This document shows, piece by piece, positions 55,841-64,000 of a stretch of DNA of 64,000 nt. Source of the DNA: Chryseobacterium aquaticum (lineage in GTDB: Bacteria > Bacteroidota > Bacteroidia > Flavobacteriales > Weeksellaceae); NCBI RefSeq assembly GCF_036677985.1, contig NZ_JAZDST010000012.1:86971-150970 (forward strand). Direction: 5' to 3'. The notes under the pieces are model-generated. The model was not told where the DNA came from and made no database searches. It worked only from the letters and a program-made list of their open reading frames with translations. The translations under genes and the position numbers were made by a program. Positions within the stretch are counted from its first letter, which is position 1. The number at the start of each line of letters is the position of its first letter.

Positions 55841-57253
55841 TTATCTGTTAACTCTTTTAAGTTTTACAGAAGCCTCAGGAATATCCTGAACTGTTCTGAA
55901 TCCTATATAACTTCTTGCAGAGTCTTTGCTTTCATAATCTCTGTTTCCTGTCATCAACATATATCCAACATCTTTCCAAGAACCGCCTCTTACAGATCTC
56001 TTTGCATCTTCTTTATCTTTAGTAGAAGGGTTTAAAGTAGAAGAGAAACCGTATGATGAATTGTTGTAAGCAGATTCTGTCCATTCAGAAACATTTCCTG
56101 CCATATCAAACAATCCGAATCCGTTTTTCTTAAACTTTTTCACAGGAGCTGTATAAGTATAAGTTCCTTTTTTCTCATCTTCCATATAGTTCCCTCTCTT
56201 TGGCTTGAAGTTTGCAAGATAACAACCTCTATCATCCATTAAGTAAGGACCTCCCCAAGGATAGGTAGCATTTTGCTTACCACCTCTTGCTGCATATTCC
56301 CATTCCAATTCAGTTGGAAGACGGAAAGCCAATGGTCTTTGTTTTCTTCTTTTTAAACTTTCATTGTAATCAGACTTTAGTTTAGATCTGAAATTACAGT
56401 ATGCTCTTGCCTGATCCCAAGTTACCCCAACAACAGGATAATCTTTATAAGCTTTGTGCCAGAAATATTGTTCAAATAAAGGCTCGTTATAAGTAAAGTG
56501 GAAATCTTTAACCCAAACTGTTGTGTCTGGATAGATTGCAATGCTTTCACTTCTAAGGTAATTAACACCTCTTTCATTTTCAGCAAGAGCAACATCCATA
56601 TCTCCCCACTTATAATTGTATTTTAATTTACTAACATCCAAGATTCTCTCACTACCTACTCTTGAAGAAGCCGGTAAATACATAGATTCTAAAACTTCAG
56701 CATATTCTACATCAGGATATTTAGAAGTATTCCAGTGCAATGGAATTTTCCAGTCTAATCTTTTTGTATCATCAAAACCTTCTCTACCTCCTGCACCTTC
56801 AAGATATTCCTGATATGCTGTAAGATTCTCTTCTTTTTTAGCAAGGTATGCATAATCTCCAATCCCAGTACCCTTTCCGCCGCCTTCTCCACCTTCTCCG
56901 GCAGCTTCAGCTAGCATAGTTCTTGCAATAGAGTCTCTAACATAATTGATGAACACTCTGTATTCTGCATTTGTAGTTTCTGCTTCATCCATAAAGAAGG
57001 AAGATACAGTTACTGTTTTCAATGCTGCTTTTTCAGGACTGTCTGTGAAATCCACATCAGCTAAACCTGCAACGAAAGATCCACCAGGAATGGCAACCAT
57101 ACCATAAGGTCTTTCTGCAACAAATGATTTTGTTTTTTCTCTAGGTATCAATTCCCCTTTTGTTCCTGGCTTCCCAACAGAAGAAGATCCACCACCTGAA
57201 CAAGATACCGATGCTACCGACGCAGACAATAATAAAAGAAATATCCTTTTCAT
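55841..57253 (-). CDS. gldK: T9SS lipoprotein GldK (SUMF1/FGE-like fold)
   Basis: Lipoprotein Cys, PYGMVAIPGGSF, YPVVGVTWDQA, RLPTELEWEYAARGG. Confidence 0.95.
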   Translation of the reverse strand: MKRIFLLLLSASVASVSCSGGGSSSVGKPGTKGELIPREKTKSFVAERPYGMVAIPGGSFVAGLADVDFTDSPEKAALKTVTVSSFFMDEAETTNAEYRVFINYVRDSIARTMLAEAAGEGGEGGGKGTGIGDYAYLAKKEENLTAYQEYLEGAGGREGFDDTKRLDWKIPLHWNTSKYPDVEYAEVLESMYLPASSRVGSERILDVSKLKYNYKWGDMDVALAENERGVNYLRSESIAIYPDTTVWVKDFHFTYNEPLFEQYFWHKAYKDYPVVGVTWDQARAYCNFRSKLKSDYNESLKRRKQRPLAFRLPTELEWEYAARGGKQNATYPWGGPYLMDDRGCYLANFKPKRGNYMEDEKKGTYTYTAPVKKFKKNGFGLFDMAGNVSEWTESAYNNSSYGFSSTLNPSTKDKEDAKRSVRGGSWKDVGYMLMTGNRDYESKDSARSYIGFRTVQDIPEASVKLKRVNR

Positions 57254-57361
57254 GTTAATTTTTATAATTAAGCCGTAAATATATAATTTTTTTAAGAAAC
57301 TTTTAAGATTTTTTTTAGAATAACGAAAAAAATCTAAATTTATTTTATTTGCAAGTATTTT

Positions 57362-59215
57362 TTACTCTACAGTTACAGATTTTGCAAGGTTTCTTGGCTG
57401 GTCTACATTTGCGCCTCTATATACAGCGATGTAATAAGCTAATAATTGTAACGGAACAGATGCAACAATCGGAGAGAAACATTCTGAAGTTTCAGGAATC
57501 TCAATAACGTAATCTGCCATTGCACTCACTTGAGTATCTCCTTTGTTTACTACAGCAATTACTTTTCCTTTTCTTGCTTTAATTTCCTGCACATTACTTA
57601 CAATCTTATCGTAATGACCTTTTTTAGGAGCAATGATAACGATTGGCATATTTTCATCAATTAACGCAATAGGACCATGCTTCATTTCTGCTGCCGGATA
57701 ACCTTCTGCATGGATGTAAGAAATTTCTTTCAGCTTCAAAGCACCTTCTAAAGCTGCAGGATAGTTGTAACCCCTTCCTAAATAAAGGAAATTAGTAGCG
57801 CCAATAAAGTCTTTAGCTATATTTTGAGTCAACTCATGAGTGGTCTCCAAAACTTCTTCTATCTTTTTAGGAATTGCATTCAACTCAGCAATTAAGCTCA
57901 TAAATTCTGCGTTTCCTAAATTGCCATTATGCTTTCCTAATTTCAATGCGATAAGTGAAAGAATAGTAAGCTGAGCTGTAAATGCTTTTGTAGATGCAAC
58001 CCCAATTTCCGGACCTGCATGAGTATAAGAACCTGCATCTGTAATTCTCGCAATAGAAGAATCTACCACATTACAAATACCGTAGATAAATGCTCCTTTT
58101 TCTTTAGCTAATTTTAAAGCTGCCATCGTATCAGCAGTTTCTCCCGACTGAGAAATAGCTATAACGACATCTTTATCTGTAATAATTGGGTTTCTATATC
58201 TAAATTCTGAAGCATATTCTACTTCAACAGGAATTCTTGCATACTCTTCAATAAGATATTCACCAATTAATCCTGCGTGCCATGATGTACCGCAGGCGAT
58301 AATAGTAATTTTGTTTGCATTTTTAAATTTCTCTAAATGATCCCAAATTCCTGCCATCTTAATAATCCCTTCTTCAACAAGAAGTCTACCTCTCATTGTG
58401 TCATGAATTGATTTAGGCTGCTCAAAGATTTCTTTAAGCATAAAGTGCTCATAACCTCCTTTTTCAATCTGCTCTAAATTCAATTTAAGCTCTTGAATTT
58501 CAGGGACTATTTTAGAATTATCTTTTATTGTTCTGATATCTACTCCTTTTTCTAAGGAAAGAGTTGCCATATGACCTTCTTCGAGATAGATTGCTTCTTT
58601 TGTAAATTCCACAAAAGGAGATGCATCTGAAGCAATAAAAAATTCTTTATCACCAATCCCGATTGCTAAAGGAGAACCTAATCTCCCCACAACCAAAATT
58701 CCGGGATAATCCTCATGCATTACTGTGATAGCATAAGCACCATAAACTTCATTCAAGGCATATCTTACTGCTGTAGGAAAATCTGTTTCAGAGTTTATAT
58801 CCATAAAATACTGGACAAGATTAACCAAAACTTCTGTATCGGTTTCTGATTTGAAAGTAAAACCTTTATCGGTAAGCATTATTTTAATAGTATCATAATT
58901 TTCGATAATACCATTATGAACAATTGCTATTTTACCATTATTTGACAAATGCGGATGAGAATTTCTATCACTTGGAACGCCATGAGTTGCCCAACGTGTA
59001 TGTCCCATACCTACTTTTGCATGCCCTTTCAACTGGCTGGATATGCTTACAAGATCATCAACTTTACCTTTTGTTTTTTCAACATCAAAAGCATTATTCT
59101 CGCCTTCCAAAACAATTCCAGCGCTGTCATAACCTCTGTATTCTAATCTTCTAAGCCCATTAATTACTATATCATAAGCATCCTGAAAGCCTGTATAACC
59201 AACTATTCCACACAT
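57362..59215 (-). CDS. glmS: Glutamine-fructose-6-phosphate transaminase
   Basis: MCGIVG, GHTRWATHG, SQSGETADT, NLAKSVTVE. Confidence 0.98.
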   Translation of the reverse strand: MCGIVGYTGFQDAYDIVINGLRRLEYRGYDSAGIVLEGENNAFDVEKTKGKVDDLVSISSQLKGHAKVGMGHTRWATHGVPSDRNSHPHLSNNGKIAIVHNGIIENYDTIKIMLTDKGFTFKSETDTEVLVNLVQYFMDINSETDFPTAVRYALNEVYGAYAITVMHEDYPGILVVGRLGSPLAIGIGDKEFFIASDASPFVEFTKEAIYLEEGHMATLSLEKGVDIRTIKDNSKIVPEIQELKLNLEQIEKGGYEHFMLKEIFEQPKSIHDTMRGRLLVEEGIIKMAGIWDHLEKFKNANKITIIACGTSWHAGLIGEYLIEEYARIPVEVEYASEFRYRNPIITDKDVVIAISQSGETADTMAALKLAKEKGAFIYGICNVVDSSIARITDAGSYTHAGPEIGVASTKAFTAQLTILSLIALKLGKHNGNLGNAEFMSLIAELNAIPKKIEEVLETTHELTQNIAKDFIGATNFLYLGRGYNYPAALEGALKLKEISYIHAEGYPAAEMKHGPIALIDENMPIVIIAPKKGHYDKIVSNVQEIKARKGKVIAVVNKGDTQVSAMADYVIEIPETSECFSPIVASVPLQLLAYYIAVYRGANVDQPRNLAKSVTVE

Positions 59216-59237
59216 ATTAAATCAAATGTATTTTAAA

Positions 59238-60767
59238 TTATTTTGTACCGTATGTAACTATTAACTGAATTTTATTTTCACTTGTAGTATCTGATCCCAC
59301 AAAAACTGCTCTATCTAAAGCAAAAGGTCTCGATGTAAATTGATAACCTGCTAAAGTAGTTCCTGTAGAAGAAGAAAGAAAATTCCCCATATCTACATTA
59401 AAATATTTATCACTATATTTTTCCCCAGATTCTACAATATCTTTTACAGATTGTGTTACTGTAAATTCATAATAAGCTGGGTCTTTATCTAAATTGTATG
59501 CTTTAATATAAGCAAAATTAGGTGTTGAACTCAGCTTCAATAAATCTTGCGTAAAATTAGTCGTTGGTTTACCATCAACTATGTCCTTTTGAACAATAGT
59601 TAAAATCGTAGGCTTTTTAAGATGATTCTTCCAAGCAACAGGATCTGTGTACATTCTTATTTTTGCACTTACAATTGCTGCTTTATCAATTTGATATAAA
59701 GCTTTCAGTTTATTGATTGTTTCCACAGGAAATTTAATTCCGATAGAATTACCTCCCATTCCCTGAGCGTAAAGTCTTGCGTCACCAGTAGTCGTATTCG
59801 GAGCTGGTGCAGATCCCAATGCGGATCCAGTTCTGTTGTACTCATAGTTTCCAATATGAGCATTTCCGTTTCCTACTGAGAAAGCATATTTCTTTTGAGT
59901 GCTCGTTGTTGCGCCTGTATCGGTAGATTTGTAATACATGATCAGTTCAACCGTTGAAGGTGAGAACTGAACCAGATATCCATCAGATTCTGTTACAGAA
60001 AGTTTCAAACCTCTGAAATATCTGATAAAACTGGCAACATCCTTCAATTCTGGCTGACCTTTTTTGTCAATAATCTTTGTTTTAAAGAAACTTGCAGACA
60101 ATGGTATTCTGAAACCTACTTCAGAAGAAAATAATTGACTGTTATCAGAATCTTTTGTAAGAACAACTGAACTTACTTTGCCATTAAATGTTTTAGTTCC
60201 TAACTCTTGACCTGATCCATAAACCTTATTGGAGTATGCAATATCACTATATCCATTTAGAAACTCTGTAACCTCTTCTACCTTAACCGTTAAATTCCCT
60301 CCATTAAACTTTGTTCTACCATATTTTGTTGCCGGATAAGTATTAACTACTTTTTTAGCAGGTACAGAACCGTCAGGATAAACATAATTTTCATCAGTAG
60401 TTGTCGTTATAGAGTCTGATGCGTAAGTCGGTTTTATTACTAATACTACAGAATCAACTGTAGGATTTGTACCAAAATCAGGATCATAAGCAGATAATCT
60501 AAGCTGTGTATAATAAGAAGCTTTTTGCATCCCAAACTGACTTTCTGAAAAAGCTCCCAGAGTTGCCAATCCTAATTTTGAAGCATCAGTTCTGATGCTG
60601 TCATTATTATCAATATTATATGCGGTAACATCGTAAGCAACTTCTTTTCCGCTTGCTGCACCGTCTAAAAATAATTGTTCGCCTAAAGAATCCGGATCTG
60701 GCTCGCAATTGTAAACCAACATTCCTCCAAAAATCACCATAGAGAGTATAGTGAAGGCTCTTTTCAT
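59238..60767 (-). CDS. DUF4270-type lipoprotein
   Basis: Lipoprotein Cys (VYNC), LYAQGMGG; sits between the GT5-like gene and glmS; alternative start at 60782. Confidence 0.75.
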   Translation of the reverse strand: MKRAFTILSMVIFGGMLVYNCEPDPDSLGEQLFLDGAASGKEVAYDVTAYNIDNNDSIRTDASKLGLATLGAFSESQFGMQKASYYTQLRLSAYDPDFGTNPTVDSVVLVIKPTYASDSITTTTDENYVYPDGSVPAKKVVNTYPATKYGRTKFNGGNLTVKVEEVTEFLNGYSDIAYSNKVYGSGQELGTKTFNGKVSSVVLTKDSDNSQLFSSEVGFRIPLSASFFKTKIIDKKGQPELKDVASFIRYFRGLKLSVTESDGYLVQFSPSTVELIMYYKSTDTGATTSTQKKYAFSVGNGNAHIGNYEYNRTGSALGSAPAPNTTTGDARLYAQGMGGNSIGIKFPVETINKLKALYQIDKAAIVSAKIRMYTDPVAWKNHLKKPTILTIVQKDIVDGKPTTNFTQDLLKLSSTPNFAYIKAYNLDKDPAYYEFTVTQSVKDIVESGEKYSDKYFNVDMGNFLSSSTGTTLAGYQFTSRPFALDRAVFVGSDTTSENKIQLIVTYGTK

Positions 60768-60791
60768 ATTATAAATCATCAAAATGTTCTT

Positions 60792-61562
60792 TTAATATAG
60801 TTTATTGATCGTATCTAAATCTAAATATTCTGATTTAGAAGTTGATGTTTCGTTAAAAGCTTTATCTAAATCTCCTTCCAAAAATTCGTCACCTTTTACT
60901 ACTTCATCTACATACTTCATACTTTCGATAACAAAACTTTGAAAGCTTGGGTTATTTAACGCATCTAATCCTGAAATATTATCAAACTGCAATTTTTCTG
61001 CAATTCCTTTATCCAAAGGAGCATCCTTTTCATTATATAATGAAAGAACAATTTTTGCGTCTTTAAAATAGGTATCAGATTGATAGAAGGTTTTTAGATA
61101 AACAGGAATAAAAGAAGCCATCCAACCATTCAGGTGAATAACATCGGGAACCCAGTTTAATTTCTTAATAGTTTCTATAACTCCTCTCGCAAAGAAAATC
61201 GCACGTTCGTCATTATCCGGAAAGCCTACTCCTTCATCATCGAAATAATATTGTTTTCTTTTAAAATATTCTTCGTTATCTATAAAATAAACCTGAAGCC
61301 TTTCTCCCGGGAGAGAAGCTACTTTAATAATAAGAGGTTGATCCAAATCATTAATGATAATATTCATCCCGGAAAGGCGGATCACTTCGTGAAGCTGAAA
61401 TTTCCTTTCACTTATCTGTCCAAATCGTGGCATAAAAACTCTTACATCATTGCCTTCTTGGTGCATTTTAAGTGCCATTTTGTTTACCACTGTTCCTAAG
61501 TTTGTATCTTCCTGATAAGGGTACATCTCTGTGGTAATGTACAGTATTTTCTGATTGGGCAT
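60792..61562 (-). CDS. Glycogen/starch synthase-like protein (GT5 N-terminal domain only)
   Basis: KILYITTEMYPY, VFMPRFG, WVPDVIHLNGW; about 256 aa with no second GT-B domain; start re-set to MPNQK. Confidence 0.85.
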   Translation of the reverse strand: MPNQKILYITTEMYPYQEDTNLGTVVNKMALKMHQEGNDVRVFMPRFGQISERKFQLHEVIRLSGMNIIINDLDQPLIIKVASLPGERLQVYFIDNEEYFKRKQYYFDDEGVGFPDNDERAIFFARGVIETIKKLNWVPDVIHLNGWMASFIPVYLKTFYQSDTYFKDAKIVLSLYNEKDAPLDKGIAEKLQFDNISGLDALNNPSFQSFVIESMKYVDEVVKGDEFLEGDLDKAFNETSTSKSEYLDLDTINKLY

Positions 61563-61730
61563 ATAATTTTTGTATAATTTAAATAATGCTATAAGCTGCA
61601 AAATTACAAAAAAACATCCAACATCAATGTAATTAACATTTTTTTACGACAAACATAACAATCAAACCAATAAATCTTGAAAATTAATACAAGATAATTT
61701 AGTATTTTTGAATTGCTATTAAAATAAACT

Positions 61731-62579
61731 ATGGAAGTTCTAAAAAACAAAAAAACACTTCAAGACTTTATTGAAAGACAGAGAGAAATGGGCAAAAAGA
61801 TAGGTTTTGCACCCACTATGGGAGCATTACACGACGGTCATCTTTCTTTATATGAAGCAGCAAGAGCCGAAAATGATCTGGTGATCTCTTCAATATTTGT
61901 AAATCCTACTCAATTTAATAATCCTGAAGATCTAAAAAAATATCCCAGAGATACCAATCGTGATATTTCAATTCTACAAAAATCAGGATTGGTAGACGCG
62001 GTATATATCCCTGAAGTACATGACATCTATCCTGAAAAAGCTGAAAGCTTCCATTACGATTTTGATGGCTTAGAAAACGAAATGGAAGGCAAATCCCGTC
62101 CGGGACATTTTGACGGGGTCGGAACAGTTGTTGAAGAACTTTTCAATCAGGTAAAACCAGATAACGCTTATTTCGGTGAGAAAGATTACCAACAATTAGC
62201 AATCATAAAAAAAATGGTTGATAAAAAGCAACTTCCTATTAAAATAAAAGGCGTAGATATTTATAGAGCAAAAAACGGTTTGGCTCTAAGCTCGAGAAAC
62301 CAAAGACTGACCGAAGAAAGAAGAGAAGATTCAAAAGTAATTTATGAAACACTGGTAAAAGTGAACGAGTGGTTCAGAGTTATTTCTATTTCTGAAATAA
62401 AAAACAGAGTAAAAGATATTTTTGACGACCAAAAAGGTATGCAGCTAGAATATTTTTTGATTGCTGATGAAAATACATTGAAAGAAACCGACTTTTTTTA
62501 TAAAGATAAATCTTACAGAGCGTTCATCGTGGTAATGGTAGATGGTGTCCGATTGATCGACAATATACATTTAGATTGA
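61731..62579 (+). CDS. panC: Pantoate-beta-alanine ligase
   Basis: PTMGALHDGH, FVNPTQF, RPGHFDGV, FGEKDYQQ, RLIDN. Confidence 0.97.
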   Translation: MEVLKNKKTLQDFIERQREMGKKIGFAPTMGALHDGHLSLYEAARAENDLVISSIFVNPTQFNNPEDLKKYPRDTNRDISILQKSGLVDAVYIPEVHDIYPEKAESFHYDFDGLENEMEGKSRPGHFDGVGTVVEELFNQVKPDNAYFGEKDYQQLAIIKKMVDKKQLPIKIKGVDIYRAKNGLALSSRNQRLTEERREDSKVIYETLVKVNEWFRVISISEIKNRVKDIFDDQKGMQLEYFLIADENTLKETDFFYKDKSYRAFIVVMVDGVRLIDNIHLD

Positions 62580-62596
62580 GGCGACACCAACAAAAA

Positions 62597-62624
62597 TCAA
62601 AGGCTTCCGGAAGGAAGCCTTTGA
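62597..62624 (-). terminator. Terminator of the tRNA operon, also closing panC
   Basis: TCAAAGGCTTCC-GGAA-GGAAGCCTTTGA; T tract on the minus strand. Confidence 0.8.
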
Positions 62625-62677
62625 ACACCAAATCACAAAATATTAATATGAAAAAAATTTACTTTTCAGTAAACTTG

Positions 62678-62750
62678 TGACCCGGCTGGGATTCGAACCC
62701 AGGACCCATACATTAAAAGTGTATTGCTCTACCAGCTGAGCTACCGAGTC
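62678..62750 (-). tRNA. tRNA-Lys(TTT)
   Basis: GACTCGG/CCGGGTC acceptor stem, ATACA-CTTTTAA-TGTAT anticodon arm, GGTTCGAATCC. Confidence 0.97.
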
Positions 62751-62814
62751 GGTCTTGATTTTGATTTGATAAATATAAAATAAATTCCAGACTTATCAAA
62801 CATTTTTTTTGCAG

Positions 62815-62897
62815 TGCCTGCGACTGGACTCGAACCAGCACATCCTTAGGAAACCACCCCCTCAAGATGGCGTGTCTACCAATTTCACCACGCAGGC
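62815..62897 (-). tRNA. tRNA-Leu(GAG)
   Basis: GCCTGCG/CGCAGGC acceptor stem, CCATC-TTGAGGG-GGTGG anticodon arm, long variable arm. Confidence 0.95.
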
Positions 62898-62931
62898 AAA
62901 AAATTATAAAAATATATAATATTTTTGCTAG

Positions 62932-63004
62932 TGACCCGGCTGGGATTCGAACCCAGGACCCATACATTAAAAGTGTATTGCTCTACCAGCTGAGCTACCG
63001 AGTC
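62932..63004 (-). tRNA. tRNA-Lys(TTT), identical second copy
   Basis: Same sequence as 62678-62750; TATCTTTG promoter element at 63060-63067. Confidence 0.97.
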
Positions 63005-63120
63005 GGTCACTTAATTATCAAGTTTTCATCGTAAGTAATGTCCCTTGTTTTTAGTGGTGCAAAGATAGGACTTTTTTCATTATCTCAAAACTTTTTCGCA
63101 AATTTGTTTAAAATAAATTC

Positions 63121-63636
63121 ATGATAATTTCACTGGTCGGATACATGGGAAGTGGCAAATCTCACATTTCCAAAATTTTAAGCGAAAAAATAAATTTTAA
63201 ATTAATTGATCTGGATAAAGAAATTTCCAGACGAAATAAACTCACTATCCCCGAAATCTTCGAGAAAAAGGGAGAAATCTACTTTAGAAAGCTCGAAAGA
63301 GAAATTTTAGAAGAAATATTGGCAACAGAAGAAAACATTGTTTTCAGTTTGGGTGGAGGTACGCCTGTATATTACAATAATATGGAAATCATCAACCATA
63401 ATTCAAAAAGTGTGTTTCTGAGAACATCTATCAATACTTTAATAGAAAGAATTTCTAAACAAAAAGAAAAACGACCTTTAATTGCTAATATTTCAGACGA
63501 AGACCTCCCCGAGTTTATCGCCAAACATTTATTTGAAAGAAATGCATTTTATAGTAAAGCACAATTTCAAATAAGTACAGATTCTAAAGAGCCTGAAGAA
63601 ATCATGAATGAAATTATTGAAAAACTTTATTTATAA
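63121..63636 (+). CDS. aroK: Shikimate kinase
   Basis: GYMGSGKS P-loop, DLDKEI, SLGGGT, KRPL. Confidence 0.93.
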   Translation: MIISLVGYMGSGKSHISKILSEKINFKLIDLDKEISRRNKLTIPEIFEKKGEIYFRKLEREILEEILATEENIVFSLGGGTPVYYNNMEIINHNSKSVFLRTSINTLIERISKQKEKRPLIANISDEDLPEFIAKHLFERNAFYSKAQFQISTDSKEPEEIMNEIIEKLYL

Positions 63637-63999
63637 ATCTTTCTCTTCTTCTTTTTCAGAATCAGTTTCTCCAAAAAAGTCGTCCCAATCTGTAAAATCA
63701 GAATCTACATCGTTTTCTGTATAATCATCAATCTCCCGTCTGTCTTTTTTGGTAGGTCTTCCTTCGCCTCTGTCTCGGTAATAGCTCTGAGACATTTTTC
63801 GGAGTTTAAGCAATTCATACTGCTCTTTGTCTGTAACATCTTTAATGTGGAGCGAAACCAATTTGGCTCCTATTCTGCTTTTGGGTATTTGTATGACTTT
63901 TATTTTGTAATCGATTTGGTTTTTACGTATTTTAATTACATCGCCTTCTTTTACCTCTTTGGAAGACTTCACTACAGACTCTCCTATCGCTACTCTGTT
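63631..63999 (-). CDS. RNA-binding S4 domain protein (Hsp15/HslR-like); 5' end lies outside the window
   Basis: Frame open to the window edge (NRVAIGESVVKSSKEVKEGD); RGEGRPTKKDRR motif. Confidence 0.88.
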   Translation of the reverse strand, partial: NRVAIGESVVKSSKEVKEGDVIKIRKNQIDYKIKVIQIPKSRIGAKLVSLHIKDVTDKEQYELLKLRKMSQSYYRDRGEGRPTKKDRREIDDYTENDVDSDFTDWDDFFGETDSEKEEEKDL

Positions 64000-64000
64000 C

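Noticed and set aside
59216-59237. glmS ribozyme upstream of glmS
   Set aside because: Only 22 bp separate glmS from the upstream gene; no ribozyme core visible
3373-61499. Many short antisense or nested ORFs in the track (e.g. 21919-22347, 40223-40546, 17472-17843, 37362-37646)
   Set aside because: Shadow frames of well-supported genes with no motifs or independent signals
62713-62967. 84-aa minus-strand ORF
   Set aside because: Overlaps three tRNA genes; it is their translation

Overview
AT-rich Bacteroidota chromosome segment, most likely Chryseobacterium or a related Weeksellaceae genus (inferred from gene content and TAnnTTTG promoter elements). It is mostly core genome: secG, recR, pepD, ferredoxin and its reductase, pheS, asnB, split transketolase, tamB/tsaD, rsmE, trmH, asparaginase, an RND efflux operon, the T9SS gldKLMN operon, glmS, panC, aroK and four tRNAs (Ser-GGA, Lys-TTT x2, Leu-GAG). 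No transposase, integrase, phage gene or CRISPR array was seen. The stand-out region is the apparently empty 1.4 kb at 8.4-9.8 kb, directly downstream of a histidine kinase plus NarL/LuxR response regulator pair. It holds three diverged tandem units with a period of about 445 bp. Each unit has its own minus-strand promoter, two 18-bp palindromic boxes 22 bp apart, and a transcribed region of about 220 nt whose hairpins are supported by G-U pairs and compensatory changes. Each also carries a single-stranded GGAGGUAAAAACACAAAUGA motif that is the near-perfect complement (27/28 nt) of a putative U-rich small RNA at about 19.0 kb. My inference is a two-component-activated array of sibling structured RNAs acting as sponges or decoys, similar in logic to Gac/Rsm or Qrr systems. 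All calls were made by reading the sequence; no database search was run.
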